A stretch of DNA of 64,000 nt, taken from contig CAKKNE010000006.1 in the NCBI GenBank assembly GCA_918797485.1, forward strand, positions 2,418,001-2,482,000. The letters are read 5' to 3'. Below the pieces are notes generated by a model. That model ran no database searches and was not told where the DNA came from. It saw nothing but the letters and a program-made list of their open reading frames with translations. Of the stretch, positions 1 to 9,565 are shown piece after piece. Every line of letters begins with the position of its first letter. The stretch's first letter is position 1. Source of the stretch: Pelagomonas calceolata. Its lineage: Eukaryota. The translations under genes were made by a program, and so were the position numbers.

Positions 1-515
1 GGTCTGGTTGTAGGTGGTCGCCCGTACCGCATACGCCGTCGATGCGGCAGCCTGGTGCTCTCCGAGAGCCCTGGAAGCCATTGCCAAGTAATTCATGCTA
101 TTCCTCCGTGGCTTGCTGAGCGAAATCGACCAAAAAAGCTTGAAGCGCCGGCGCATGCGGTGTAGGCGCTTGCGCGTGTATAGTACCGACCCTAGGCGAC
201 CCCAGGGACACCTCTTGGACAGGGATTGACAGGATTCCACCGGCGCGGCTGTCATGGCCCTTCGGAGCTCGTCCGGCGCGAATTAAAAAATTTCCTTTTT
301 CGCCCCCCAGTAAGTGTCCCATTGATCTCTTTGGACCAGTAGCGACCCGAACGGTACTCAAACGACTGCATGACGCATCTTGTTTAAAGCCTAGTGTGTC
401 TCTCGCCTAGCCTCGTTTACAAGCTCGACTTTGTACGGCTGCAAAAACTGGTCGCATTGCTCAGTGCTGCAGACGTGAGCCGTGCGCATTGACGCCATCG
501 ACGCGCTGCACAAAC

Positions 516-1277
516 ATGGCTGCCACAAAAGCGCTGCGCGTCGTCTCCTACAACGTGCAGCGCTGGGGCCGGCTCGACACTATTATAGATACGCTGGCGC
601 GGCTCCGGCCGGACGTGTTGTGTCTCCAGGAGTGCTGCCAGAAGCGCGGCGCGGGGGCTTTGCAGAAGGTCGCGGACGCCTGCGGGCTCAAGCAGGTTCA
701 TTTTTTTGGCCACACGATGGACGAATCCTACGGGAACGCGATCCTCACGCGGGCGCCGAGCTCGCTGGTCATGGAGATCTTCCTCGCGGGCGGTTCTATT
801 ATTGGGGACCACCACATCCAGCGCGGCGCTTTATTCGTAGAAATGGGCGCGATCCGAGTGTGTTGCACGCACTTGGACCACATCTCGGAGAACGAGCGCG
901 CGATCCAGGCCGGCGGGCTGGTCCGGCAGCTCCACGACCTGCGAGGCGATTCGAAAGCGATGCTGGTCGTGGGCGACCTCAACGCACTGAACGACGAGGC
1001 GAAGTGGGATAGGTTAGATCAGATCCACGAGGAGAACGGCTGGGCGCCGCCCGAGGACTCGTCGGTGCCCGGCGGCGCGCTGCACACGTTTTTGGAGAAC
1101 GGCTGGGTCGACGTGAGTCGGGGCGCCGGGCTGAGCTCGCCGGCGAAAGACCCCGTCCGGCGCGTCGACTACGTCCTGGCGCACGGGCCTGTCGTTGTCA
1201 AGCGGGCGCGGACGGACGCGTCGGCGGACGGGTCGGACCACCTGCCGGTCGTTGTCGAGGTCGAGGTGCCGGCTTAA
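516..1277 (+). CDS. Endonuclease/exonuclease/phosphatase (EEP) family protein
   Basis: Motifs VVSYNV, PDVLCLQE, THLDH, VGDLNA, RVDYV, GSDHLPV; first ATG at 516. Confidence 0.85.
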   Translation: MAATKALRVVSYNVQRWGRLDTIIDTLARLRPDVLCLQECCQKRGAGALQKVADACGLKQVHFFGHTMDESYGNAILTRAPSSLVMEIFLAGGSIIGDHHIQRGALFVEMGAIRVCCTHLDHISENERAIQAGGLVRQLHDLRGDSKAMLVVGDLNALNDEAKWDRLDQIHEENGWAPPEDSSVPGGALHTFLENGWVDVSRGAGLSSPAKDPVRRVDYVLAHGPVVVKRARTDASADGSDHLPVVVEVEVPA

Positions 1278-2295
1278 TTTAGTTTTACTTGTGCTAGCTT
1301 CCCGCGCGCCGCCCCGAGCGAACGCGCGTCCGGGCCACCGTAGACAGGGGTATCTTGCGTCGTTCTCTCGCTCTTTCGCTTTGTGGTCGCCTCGTGCGGT
1401 GTGGGCTGGGGGAAGGACCGCGTGCGCGGCGCCGCCGCGGCGACGCGTCCGCGGAACGAATGTGTGGTTCGGGTGCGAATCCTCTCGTGGTCTGGCGTGC
1501 GTGTTCGTACGTTCCAGCTGCGGTTGTGGGCGGCTATGGGCGTCCTCCGCCGTCGAAACAATGGCGGCGCGGTGCTGGGCAGCTTGTTTTTGGCTAAGAT
1601 ATTGCCGTGCGCTTCGTATCAACGACCGTGGGCAGCCCGTAGCGGCAGCCGTTTGCGCTTGGCAGGTCCAACAAGGCATCAGGGCAGCATTTGGGCGCCC
1701 GTCATAATACGATTTCCTCGGCGGCGGCGGCCAATGAGATGCTGCTGGTAAATGTCTACCTTGAGTTTCGGGGGACCAGACTAGTATGTCAAACGCTAGT
1801 TGGGGGGCCCCGGCGCTGCTTCCAGGGCTCCCGCGCGAGGACTGGGTGGTCCTGTCGACGGCTAAGGAGGGCTCCTCTTGACCTCGCCCGGAGTAATGCT
1901 GACGGCAGGCCGGCTCGTATGATAATACGCGAGGTTGCTGCTTCTAGGATCGCAGAACAAATTCAGGCGCGCGTCCGCCTGCCCACTTGTTTGCCCCAGA
2001 GAAGCCCTGCGCTGCTATCTCGGCGGGGTTTTGCGTGCGCGCAGCGGATACAACTAGAGCGCAGCCGATTCAGGTGCACTGGGCTCACGCAGAGTGCCCC
2101 GCTGCGCGCCTAACTGCCCCAGACATAGACGCCCGGCAGCCACATAGACGCCCGAGCGCGGGCGCGGCCCCAAAAGCAGTTTGTGCAGAACGGCGTTGAG
2201 GCGCCTACAACTGCAAACAAAAAGAAATTCCCACGAAACGGCAGGAGGACCGCCGCCGGCCTCCCAACTGAACTCCCTGCTAATCTGTAACAGCC

Positions 2296-3981
2296 ATGGA
2301 GGTCATGCAACCTCTAGCACCCGCGGCACCGCCGCCGCAAGTCGCGATTCCCGGACCCGCGAATCCGGCGCCCGCGCCACCAAAGGACGCCCCCGCGCCG
2401 GCGACGACGCCGCCCAACGTCCCGGCCGCCACGGTGACGCCCGAGCCCTCGCCGGCGAGCCCGCCCGCGCCGGCGCTCGCGGCGCCGCCGGCCAGGCCCG
2501 CGCTCGCGCCGCCCGCGCTGCCCGGCAAGGCGCCGCCTCCAACGCAGCCGGCCGCCGCGCCCGTCGTTGTACAAGGCGCGGGCAAGCCCCTGGCGCCGCC
2601 TCAAACCGAGCCCATGAGCGATTTGGACGGGGACCTCGACGTCGGCGAACTAGCCGCTTTAGATGGGTATCAAGCCCACGAGGTCAGTCGCACGGACGAC
2701 TCGTTGTCGAGCGACACCGATTCCTACGGCATCATCGCTTGTTCCGAACCGCCGAGAGATAGGAGGCGGCCTGGTCTAAGAGCGGCGCGCGCGCGGCCGC
2801 CGCCGCCGCCCTTCCCCGGCATGGTCCGCGGCGGGCCTAGACGTAGAGCCGCGTCCAAGCCGCCCGCAACCTCGGCCGTGACGCAAGCCGCCGCGCGCAA
2901 GCGCTCCGCGACCAGCAAAAGGCGCCCGCCGACGTACGCCAAGAGCAGCGGCACGAACGGCGCCATCGCCATCATCGGCGCGAAGCGCATGCGTGTGATT
3001 GTCAGAGACGGCAACGGCGTGCCCATCGAGCCGCCGACGTCCACTGGAGGTAGGGGCTTGGACGATTCTTCTTCGTGCGCGTCCGTCGACGAGCGCTGCC
3101 TCGACGGTTTATTGCCGCACGGCGGCGGCGCGCGCGTTGATCCGTACCGCGCCCGCGACGCTCTGCGAAGGAGAGGCGGCTGCGGCGTCCAAGCGTTGCC
3201 GGAGTGTGCTGAATACCGCTGCGCGGCCTGCGGCGACGAGTACCGGAAGCGATGCGGCCTGAACCCCTGGTGGGCGCTGGTGCAGCACGAGTGCCCGCGG
3301 TGCGGGCGCGTGCAGTTTCCGTCGATCAACATCGCGGCGGCGGCGAACGCCATCACTTATCTGGCGGCGGATGATGATGCCGCGGATCATAGAGCCGCGC
3401 GAGCCGCGGCCGACGCGCTAGCATTACAAGATGCGCACGACGACGCGGCGTTGTTACCGGACCTGGGTCTAGATCCGAGGGAAGCACCGCCACCTTTGAA
3501 CGACGACGAAAAACCGATCATGGTCGTGGCCGGCGGCGGCAACTCGCCGCAGCGCGTCGCGACGCCGCCCCCTTCCTTAGCTACGTCTGTGGTCTCGCCG
3601 CCCTCGACGTCAAAGGACGCCGCCAACGCGGCGGCGAACGCGGCTCTCGCGGCGCTTGGCGTGGCCAGCGTCTCGCCGGAGGGCGCGAACGGCCACTTCC
3701 CGCAACCGAAACCGCAGAACCCGCAGAAGCCGGTACAACCGTGCCTGCCGGACGCGGACGCGAAACGCCTCTTCGCCTTGTTCGACCACGCGCGCTACTG
3801 TCCCGGCTGCCACAAGTCGAAGAAGCACGACGACGTCTGCACCGCGGCCAAGTTCGTCATGCTCCACGTGCGGGATTGCGCGGGGCATTTACCGGACGGG
3901 CGGCCGTGCCCGTTCGGATGGTGCTCGGCCGCTCGGTTGGCTATTAGAAAACACCACCTCCCGCCGATCCTGGACAAGTGA
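2296..3981 (+). CDS. Pro-rich protein with central Cys knuckle and C-terminal TAZ-type zinc finger
   Basis: C-terminal HARYC...C...KFVMLHVRDC...CPFGWC pattern resembles TAZ; central CAAC...CPRC. Confidence 0.6.
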   Translation: MEVMQPLAPAAPPPQVAIPGPANPAPAPPKDAPAPATTPPNVPAATVTPEPSPASPPAPALAAPPARPALAPPALPGKAPPPTQPAAAPVVVQGAGKPLAPPQTEPMSDLDGDLDVGELAALDGYQAHEVSRTDDSLSSDTDSYGIIACSEPPRDRRRPGLRAARARPPPPPFPGMVRGGPRRRAASKPPATSAVTQAAARKRSATSKRRPPTYAKSSGTNGAIAIIGAKRMRVIVRDGNGVPIEPPTSTGGRGLDDSSSCASVDERCLDGLLPHGGGARVDPYRARDALRRRGGCGVQALPECAEYRCAACGDEYRKRCGLNPWWALVQHECPRCGRVQFPSINIAAAANAITYLAADDDAADHRAARAAADALALQDAHDDAALLPDLGLDPREAPPPLNDDEKPIMVVAGGGNSPQRVATPPPSLATSVVSPPSTSKDAANAAANAALAALGVASVSPEGANGHFPQPKPQNPQKPVQPCLPDADAKRLFALFDHARYCPGCHKSKKHDDVCTAAKFVMLHVRDCAGHLPDGRPCPFGWCSAARLAIRKHHLPPILDK

Positions 3982-4133
3982 GGATCACGGAGGTCCGCGG
4001 GACTGCCTCACGACGGAGGTAGTTTAACCCCGGCGGACCACACGAACTCTGTCGTCGCCCTCTCCCGTCGAACGACCTTGCTTGCTAAAAAAATTCAACC
4101 TTAGTCTCTTGTTCTCGATGTGTCGCGGAGGCC

Positions 4134-4925
4134 CTAGCCCCCGTCCAGCACGCAGCGCGCGCACCGGCAGTCGAAGTTGTACTTCTCGCGGAGGTATGCG
4201 CGCCGCGCCGCGCCGGGGGCGTCGAGCTTGAGGTAGCTGACGGTGATTTCCTCGCCCCGCGGCACCGCGCGCCGCGCCGTGACGTCGACGACCCGGCGGC
4301 CCCCGCGGTCGCTCATGGCCTTGGCGCAATTCGGCGCGCAGGAGTGGTTGGCGCGGCAGAGCGTCTCGAAGACGTAGCCGCTGCCGCCGTCGAAGTACGC
4401 GTTCGTGCGGAAGATGCCCCCCGCGGTCTTGAGGTTCCGCGCCCTCACGCTCTTGCGCCCCCGCGCCGTGGCCACCGCCCACCGCTCGCCGTCCGAACCG
4501 TCGACGCGGCCCCTTAGGCCGTTGAGCGGCCGGCCCCGCTCGGACACGAGGCCCGCGATCTCGACCGCGTCGCCCGCGGCCGGCCGCCGGAAGCAGTCGT
4601 CGAGCGCCCAGAATCTGGTCGCGTCGTCCAGTCCGAGCGAGGCGATCCCATCCTTCGCGTGGAGGTCGAGGACAGCTTGCAGGGCAGCGTCGGCCTCAGG
4701 CGTATAGGTTTCGTCGTCGTAGCCGGCCTCCACGACCGCGAAGAGCCTCGCTACGTCTGGTCTCCGCATGAACGCCGGCGCCGACATCGCCTCAGGATGC
4801 ACGGCGTAGAGCGGCGGCTCCGAAATTATCGTTTCGCCCTCCGCGATGTCCACGAGCGCGCGCAGGCCGCGGCCACAGCCATCGATGGCGACCAGTTGTA
4901 CCTTGTCACGCGCGAAATCAGCCAT
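4134..4925 (-). CDS. SET-domain (SMYD-like) lysine methyltransferase
   Basis: GRGLRA, ANHSCAPNC, GEEITVSY and post-SET YNFDCRCARC. Confidence 0.85.
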   Translation of the reverse strand: MADFARDKVQLVAIDGCGRGLRALVDIAEGETIISEPPLYAVHPEAMSAPAFMRRPDVARLFAVVEAGYDDETYTPEADAALQAVLDLHAKDGIASLGLDDATRFWALDDCFRRPAAGDAVEIAGLVSERGRPLNGLRGRVDGSDGERWAVATARGRKSVRARNLKTAGGIFRTNAYFDGGSGYVFETLCRANHSCAPNCAKAMSDRGGRRVVDVTARRAVPRGEEITVSYLKLDAPGAARRAYLREKYNFDCRCARCVLDGG

Positions 4926-5070
4926 GGCGGTGCAAAGGGCTGCCTTTACAGCTTTTGTGGGCTGCCACTTGCCAATCTCTCGCGCATCGTCGGTCGTGGG
5001 TTCCCGGAGACGACAAATCTACGGCTGGGCAGCCGCCGCACGCCGGTGCGAAAAAGCGGGAGAGCGCCGA

Positions 5071-5092
5071 GCTAGCGGCTGTAAGATACTAG
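5071..5092. promoter_or_regulatory. CTAG-bounded upstream motif
   Basis: gctagcggctgtaagatactag, ~150 bp upstream of the SET gene. Confidence 0.6.
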
Positions 5093-5101
5093 GGATTAAA
5101 C

Positions 5102-5932
5102 TTAGTTGGAGAAGTACGCCCGCACGCGCAGGTCGCGCCCGTCGAGCTCCGTGCCCTCGAGCGCGTCCACGGCGGCGGCGGCGGCCTCGGCGTAGCGGTA
5201 CTCGACGACGGCCGAGCCCGACGGGCGCTGGGCCCGGCCGCGCGTGAGGAGCTCGACGGAGGCAACCTCGCCGCTCGACGCGCAGTGGTCCGCGAGTTCG
5301 TCCTCCGTCGTGTCGAAGTTGAGGTTCATCACGAAGACGCGGTGCGGGTCCACGACCTTGTCGGCGACGTGGCGCCGGGTCTTCTTCGGCATGGCCTCCT
5401 TCAGTTTGGCCGCGTGGCCCTTCGGCCCCGTCCCCGAGCCCTTGTCCGCGCGGACGCGGATCTCGCGACCGTCCAAGTCGAGGCCGTCGCATTGACTGAT
5501 GGCGTACTCGACCTCGGCGGCGGAGGCGAACTCCACGAGCCCCCAGCCCTGCGAGCGGCTGGAATTCGTGCGCGACATCTGCACCTCGGCCGAGACGACC
5601 TCGCCGTAGCCGCTGAAGAGCTCGTGGAGCGTTTCGTCCGTCGTCTCCCAAGAGAGATTACCGACGTGACATACGCACTGATTGGCCGGCGAGGCGCCGC
5701 CGCCCTCGTCCGCCACACGGTCCGTGTCAAGCGCGCCCAGGGCCTGCACGGCCTCGTCGAGCGCGTCGCGCAGCTCCACGATGGACCCGCTCGGAATGAG
5801 GATGGAGTTCGACTGCGAGTCGCCGCGCTCCTTGATCTTGAGGTACGTGCCGGCGTGGTTTTCCTTCACGTCCACAAAAATCCGCTTGCGTCCCGCGAGG
5901 AAGCTCGTCGTGAATATTTCCTCGTTGTCCAT
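5102..5932 (-). CDS. PUR-repeat (PurA-like) plus two RRM nucleic-acid-binding protein
   Basis: N-terminal KRIFVDVKENHAGTYLKIKE..SILIP is PUR-like; RNP2/RNP1 motifs CHVGNLSW/QGWGLVEF and VFVMNLNF/SGSAVVEY. Confidence 0.75.
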   Translation of the reverse strand: MDNEEIFTTSFLAGRKRIFVDVKENHAGTYLKIKERGDSQSNSILIPSGSIVELRDALDEAVQALGALDTDRVADEGGGASPANQCVCHVGNLSWETTDETLHELFSGYGEVVSAEVQMSRTNSSRSQGWGLVEFASAAEVEYAISQCDGLDLDGREIRVRADKGSGTGPKGHAAKLKEAMPKKTRRHVADKVVDPHRVFVMNLNFDTTEDELADHCASSGEVASVELLTRGRAQRPSGSAVVEYRYAEAAAAAVDALEGTELDGRDLRVRAYFSN

Positions 5933-6126
5933 GATCGATTCCTCGACGTGATCGCGTCCTCGCTGAGGCCCCTGAAATCAGAGAGGAGACTCTGAGAGTG
6001 AATTCAGAGATTTGGCCCAAAAATTCACGCGTGGGTGGTTGGCGGCTACTGCTCGCCGTCAACTGAGGCCAACTTTCTCGCTGAGCACGACGAATTGGCG
6101 ATACGCTACGATGCAAACTTGTGCTA

Positions 6127-6149
6127 GCTAGCGTGCTGTAAGACACTAG
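6127..6149. promoter_or_regulatory. CTAG-bounded upstream motif
   Basis: gctagcgtgctgtaagacactag, between divergent genes. Confidence 0.6.
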
Positions 6150-6312
6150 CAGTGTACGTAGCCGCGATCTACATGACGCGTGCTCGCACTATCAGTCGAT
6201 TGCGCAGCCGCATTGTAGTCCAGTTACTGGCAAATAATTCCTTCTGAGCCTGCGCCGAGCGTCGCTTGCAATCTGCATCGCTGCACACCTCTCCGGCATC
6301 ACACAGCAAACC

Positions 6313-7074
6313 ATGCACCTCGCAACCACCGCAGCAATCATCGCCACAGCCCAAGCCCTCGTCGCGCCGACACCACAAAAAGCAAGCACACGCCTGCACG
6401 GCCGCGCGAACAAACTCGTGATTTGGGACTGCGACGGCGTCCTCGTCGACTCCGAGGCTTTGCTCAAGCGCGCCGAGGTCGACGCTTTGAAAGCGGCGGG
6501 CTTCGACGACGTCGACGAGGACGCCTGCAATCGGTTGTTTAGCGGCTTCGCGCCGGAGGCCGGCGCCGTCAATTTTGAAAAGGAGTACGGGAAACCTTTA
6601 CCGGAGCACTTCTTCAGAGATCAAATAAAAAATTCCGAACAACTCTTCAGAGATAAATTGGAAGCCTTGAACGGCGCCACGGTCCGCACGCTACACGCGG
6701 CTGGAAGACAACAGGTCGTCGCGTCGGGTTCGCCGCGCGCCCGCGTCGACGTCTGCCTCGAGAAGGCTGATATCTCTGAAATCTTCCAGCCGGACCGCGT
6801 CTTCACGCGGGAAGACGTGGAGAGGGGCAAGCCCGAGCCGGACATGTTCCTGAAGGCGGCGGCGTTCTGCGAAACAGATCCAAAAGATTGTGTGGTGGTC
6901 GAGGACTCGACGGCCGGTATAAGAGCGGCAGCAGCGGCGGGCATGGAGTGCGTCGCGTACCTGGGCGGGGGCCACGCGCGGAAGCCGTGGTACGCGGAGG
7001 AGATCTCCGCCATTCATGCGGGGCCGGTGGTCTACTCGAGCGAGGAGCTCCTCGAGTTCCTGTCCGAGGAGTAG
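6313..7074 (+). CDS. HAD-IA phosphatase (CbbY/beta-PGM-like), probably plastid-targeted
   Basis: WDCDGVLVDSE, GKPEPDMF, VVEDSTAGI; hydrophobic N-terminal signal followed by a transit-like segment. Confidence 0.85.
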   Translation: MHLATTAAIIATAQALVAPTPQKASTRLHGRANKLVIWDCDGVLVDSEALLKRAEVDALKAAGFDDVDEDACNRLFSGFAPEAGAVNFEKEYGKPLPEHFFRDQIKNSEQLFRDKLEALNGATVRTLHAAGRQQVVASGSPRARVDVCLEKADISEIFQPDRVFTREDVERGKPEPDMFLKAAAFCETDPKDCVVVEDSTAGIRAAAAAGMECVAYLGGGHARKPWYAEEISAIHAGPVVYSSEELLEFLSEE

Positions 7075-7242
7075 TATGTTGAGGGCGTTAAGAAGAATAG
7101 CAAGTAGTCCTCGTCGGCGCGCGGCGCGAGCCCGCACGAGCTTTTGACGCCTCGAGGAGCTTCTGGCATCGCGAGCACCTGCCCCCTTTGAAGACAGCGG
7201 GCGGCTCTCAGGGGCTGCCTATTCACTTCCCCCCATTCAAAA

Positions 7243-9292
7243 ATGGTGCGCTCGTCGCTGGGACGTGCGGTCCTCGTCGACAGCGGGCTCGCGGAGGCCC
7301 AGGAGTACCCCTACTATGGCATCTCGGTGCCCGACTTCCTCGCCCTCACGGAGTGGCTGCCCCACGAGGCGCTCAAGGCGAGCGGCAAGGTCCGCGAAAT
7401 GACTGAAAACGAGGAGGTCATCTTCGTCTCGCACCAATGGACCAGCTTCTCGCACCCCGATCCCGCGGGCAACCAGCTGCGGGCGCTCCAGACGCAAATT
7501 CGCACTTTGTCGAAAGGCAAGACGGCCGTCCGGAGCGACGCCGCGCTCGACGGCGGCTACGGGTACTCCATGGTCACGGCGGGCAAGGAGTGGAAAAATA
7601 AGCTCCCGAACATGTACCTCTGGATCGACTACTGCTCGATCCCGCAGCCGGCCGCCGCCGGCGGCGGCGTGCATGCGGCGCAGCACTCGGACCACCGCGA
7701 AGGCCAGGGGGACCTCGTCGCGCAGCTCAAGGCGGCCGTAAACAGCATCCCCTCGTACCTCGCGCGATCGACGATGATGTGGGTGCTCGTGCCGCCCGTG
7801 AACCATGAGAGCATCGACGGAGCCATCTGTGATTACAACTCGTGGCGCCGCCGCGGCTGGTGCCGCCTCGAGTTCGCCGCGAGCAAGCTCTGCGCTGGGG
7901 ATGATATGCCTTGTATGGTAATCACCTCGGCCACGGCGACGCCCGAGTACTGCTGCCCGTGCGACATCTTCAAGCTCTGCGCGGGGAACGGTGATTTTAC
8001 GGTAGATAGCGACCGCGACGCCGTCAACTCGACGCTAACGAAGATGCTGCAGGCCAAGGTCGAAGGGTACGCGAAGAAAGGGGACATCACGCTGTCGCGG
8101 ATGATGCAGGCCATGTCGCCCGTGTTCGTGCCCCGACACGCCTACGGCTCGGCCGCGGTGGGCTCCGAAGGGTCGGCGGTCGATCGCCTCAAAAAGTTCA
8201 TGAAGTGGCGCAGCGACGCCGAGGAGGAAGCGTGGATGGCAGAAACCGGCTGGAACCTCCTCACGTTCGCCGCAGCGATGGACGACAAACCTGCTATCGA
8301 TGAGCTGCTCGCCCAGGATGCGGCGACGATCGAGCGCCTGTTTGCCGCGAAGGGAACCGACATGGTGTGTCCGGGGAACAGCAAGAAGGGAACGCCGCTC
8401 CGGCGCGAGCCGCTGGGGCAAAAGCTGTTGGAGTTCGCCAAAGACATGACTCCCATGATTGCCGCGACGACGTTCGGCTCGCGGGCGGTGTGCGAGAAAC
8501 TGATGGACGCCGGCGGCGCCGCCGCCGCGCGGGACGGCTTAAAGCTGCTGGGCGCGCGGCCGTGCCTCTTCCGGGGCGCCATCGTGCGATGCAGCGTCCT
8601 CCAAGGCGCTTTTAACTCGATGGGGGGCGGCAGACTGGTCGCCCACACAGGTCTCGGGAAAACACGAGAACGTGAAGCTGGTCCTGGAGCGCTATCCGCA
8701 CATCGCGGAAGAATTGGATCCCGAGTTCGGCACCTGCGTGTTGCACATGGCCTGTGGCACGACAGCGTGCCGCGGCCAGTCGAAGGTCATGAAGGAGCTG
8801 CTCGCGTGTCCAGGGGCGGTGGAGAAGCTCAATAGCGTCAATTCCCCAATCTTCGGCTCGGTGCTGGGCACGGCGTGCTCCTTCCAAGACCAGGACCCCG
8901 AGACCGTTCGGCTGCTCCTGGAGGCCGGCGCTGACCCCTCTAAGCCCGAGGTGCTCCATCCAATAGCGGCAAAGATGCGCCGTATGACCGCTGTGGGGAA
9001 GTTCTTGGGCAATGTCCAGGCGCGCGGCTACCACCATTTGTTCTCAACGCTACCGGGGCGCTTCAAGCAGTCGCCGACGCACATCGCGACGCAGCAAGGC
9101 GATCTAGCGAAGATCAAGGTGCTCGCGGAGCACGAAAAGTTTCCGGTGGCACAATATAAAGATACCAAGGGTCGCACGCCCGTCGCCCTCTGCGTCGAAG
9201 ACACGGTCAAGACCGCGGTCGCGGAACTCGTCGGCGGACCGGCAGCGGTGGCGACGCCAATCCCGGGCAACAAGGTCGCCCCGGAGCAATGA
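7243..9292 (+). CDS. HET-like domain plus ankyrin repeat protein, tandem copy A; exons 7243-8583 and 8651-9292
   Basis: Removing a 67-nt GT..CACACAG intron gives RGAI/VSGKHENV, colinear with KGAIISGNHENV in the intronless paralogue. Confidence 0.8.
8584..8650 (+). other. GT-AG intron (67 nt), probably a decayed introner
   Basis: gtgcgatg...cccacacag; restores the frame; absent from the paralogue at 9566. Confidence 0.85.
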
Positions 9293-9478
9293 ACTGCCCT
9301 GAACTCAGTGGCAGTGCTTCCCCCCCCCCTCCGAGTGAGTTTCCCTCTCCGCCTATTCTGCGCGCGCGGGCCCCAGGTCCTCCCGTCTCCTGAGCTAACT
9401 CACATCACTTTTTGCAACGAAAGAAGATTGTTACGGTGCGAGAACTACACTTTTTAGAAATCCGCGCTAGCGGCTCTA

Positions 9479-9501
9479 GCTAGCGGCATGTAAGACACTA
9501 G
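9479..9501. promoter_or_regulatory. CTAG-bounded upstream motif
   Basis: gctagcggcatgtaagacactag, ~65 bp upstream of ATG 9566. Confidence 0.6.
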
Positions 9502-9565
9502 GAAAGGGCTGCCTTCTTTGTCACTGTGACGGTGCTCTGCCTCGCAAGGGGCTGCCTATTCAAAG

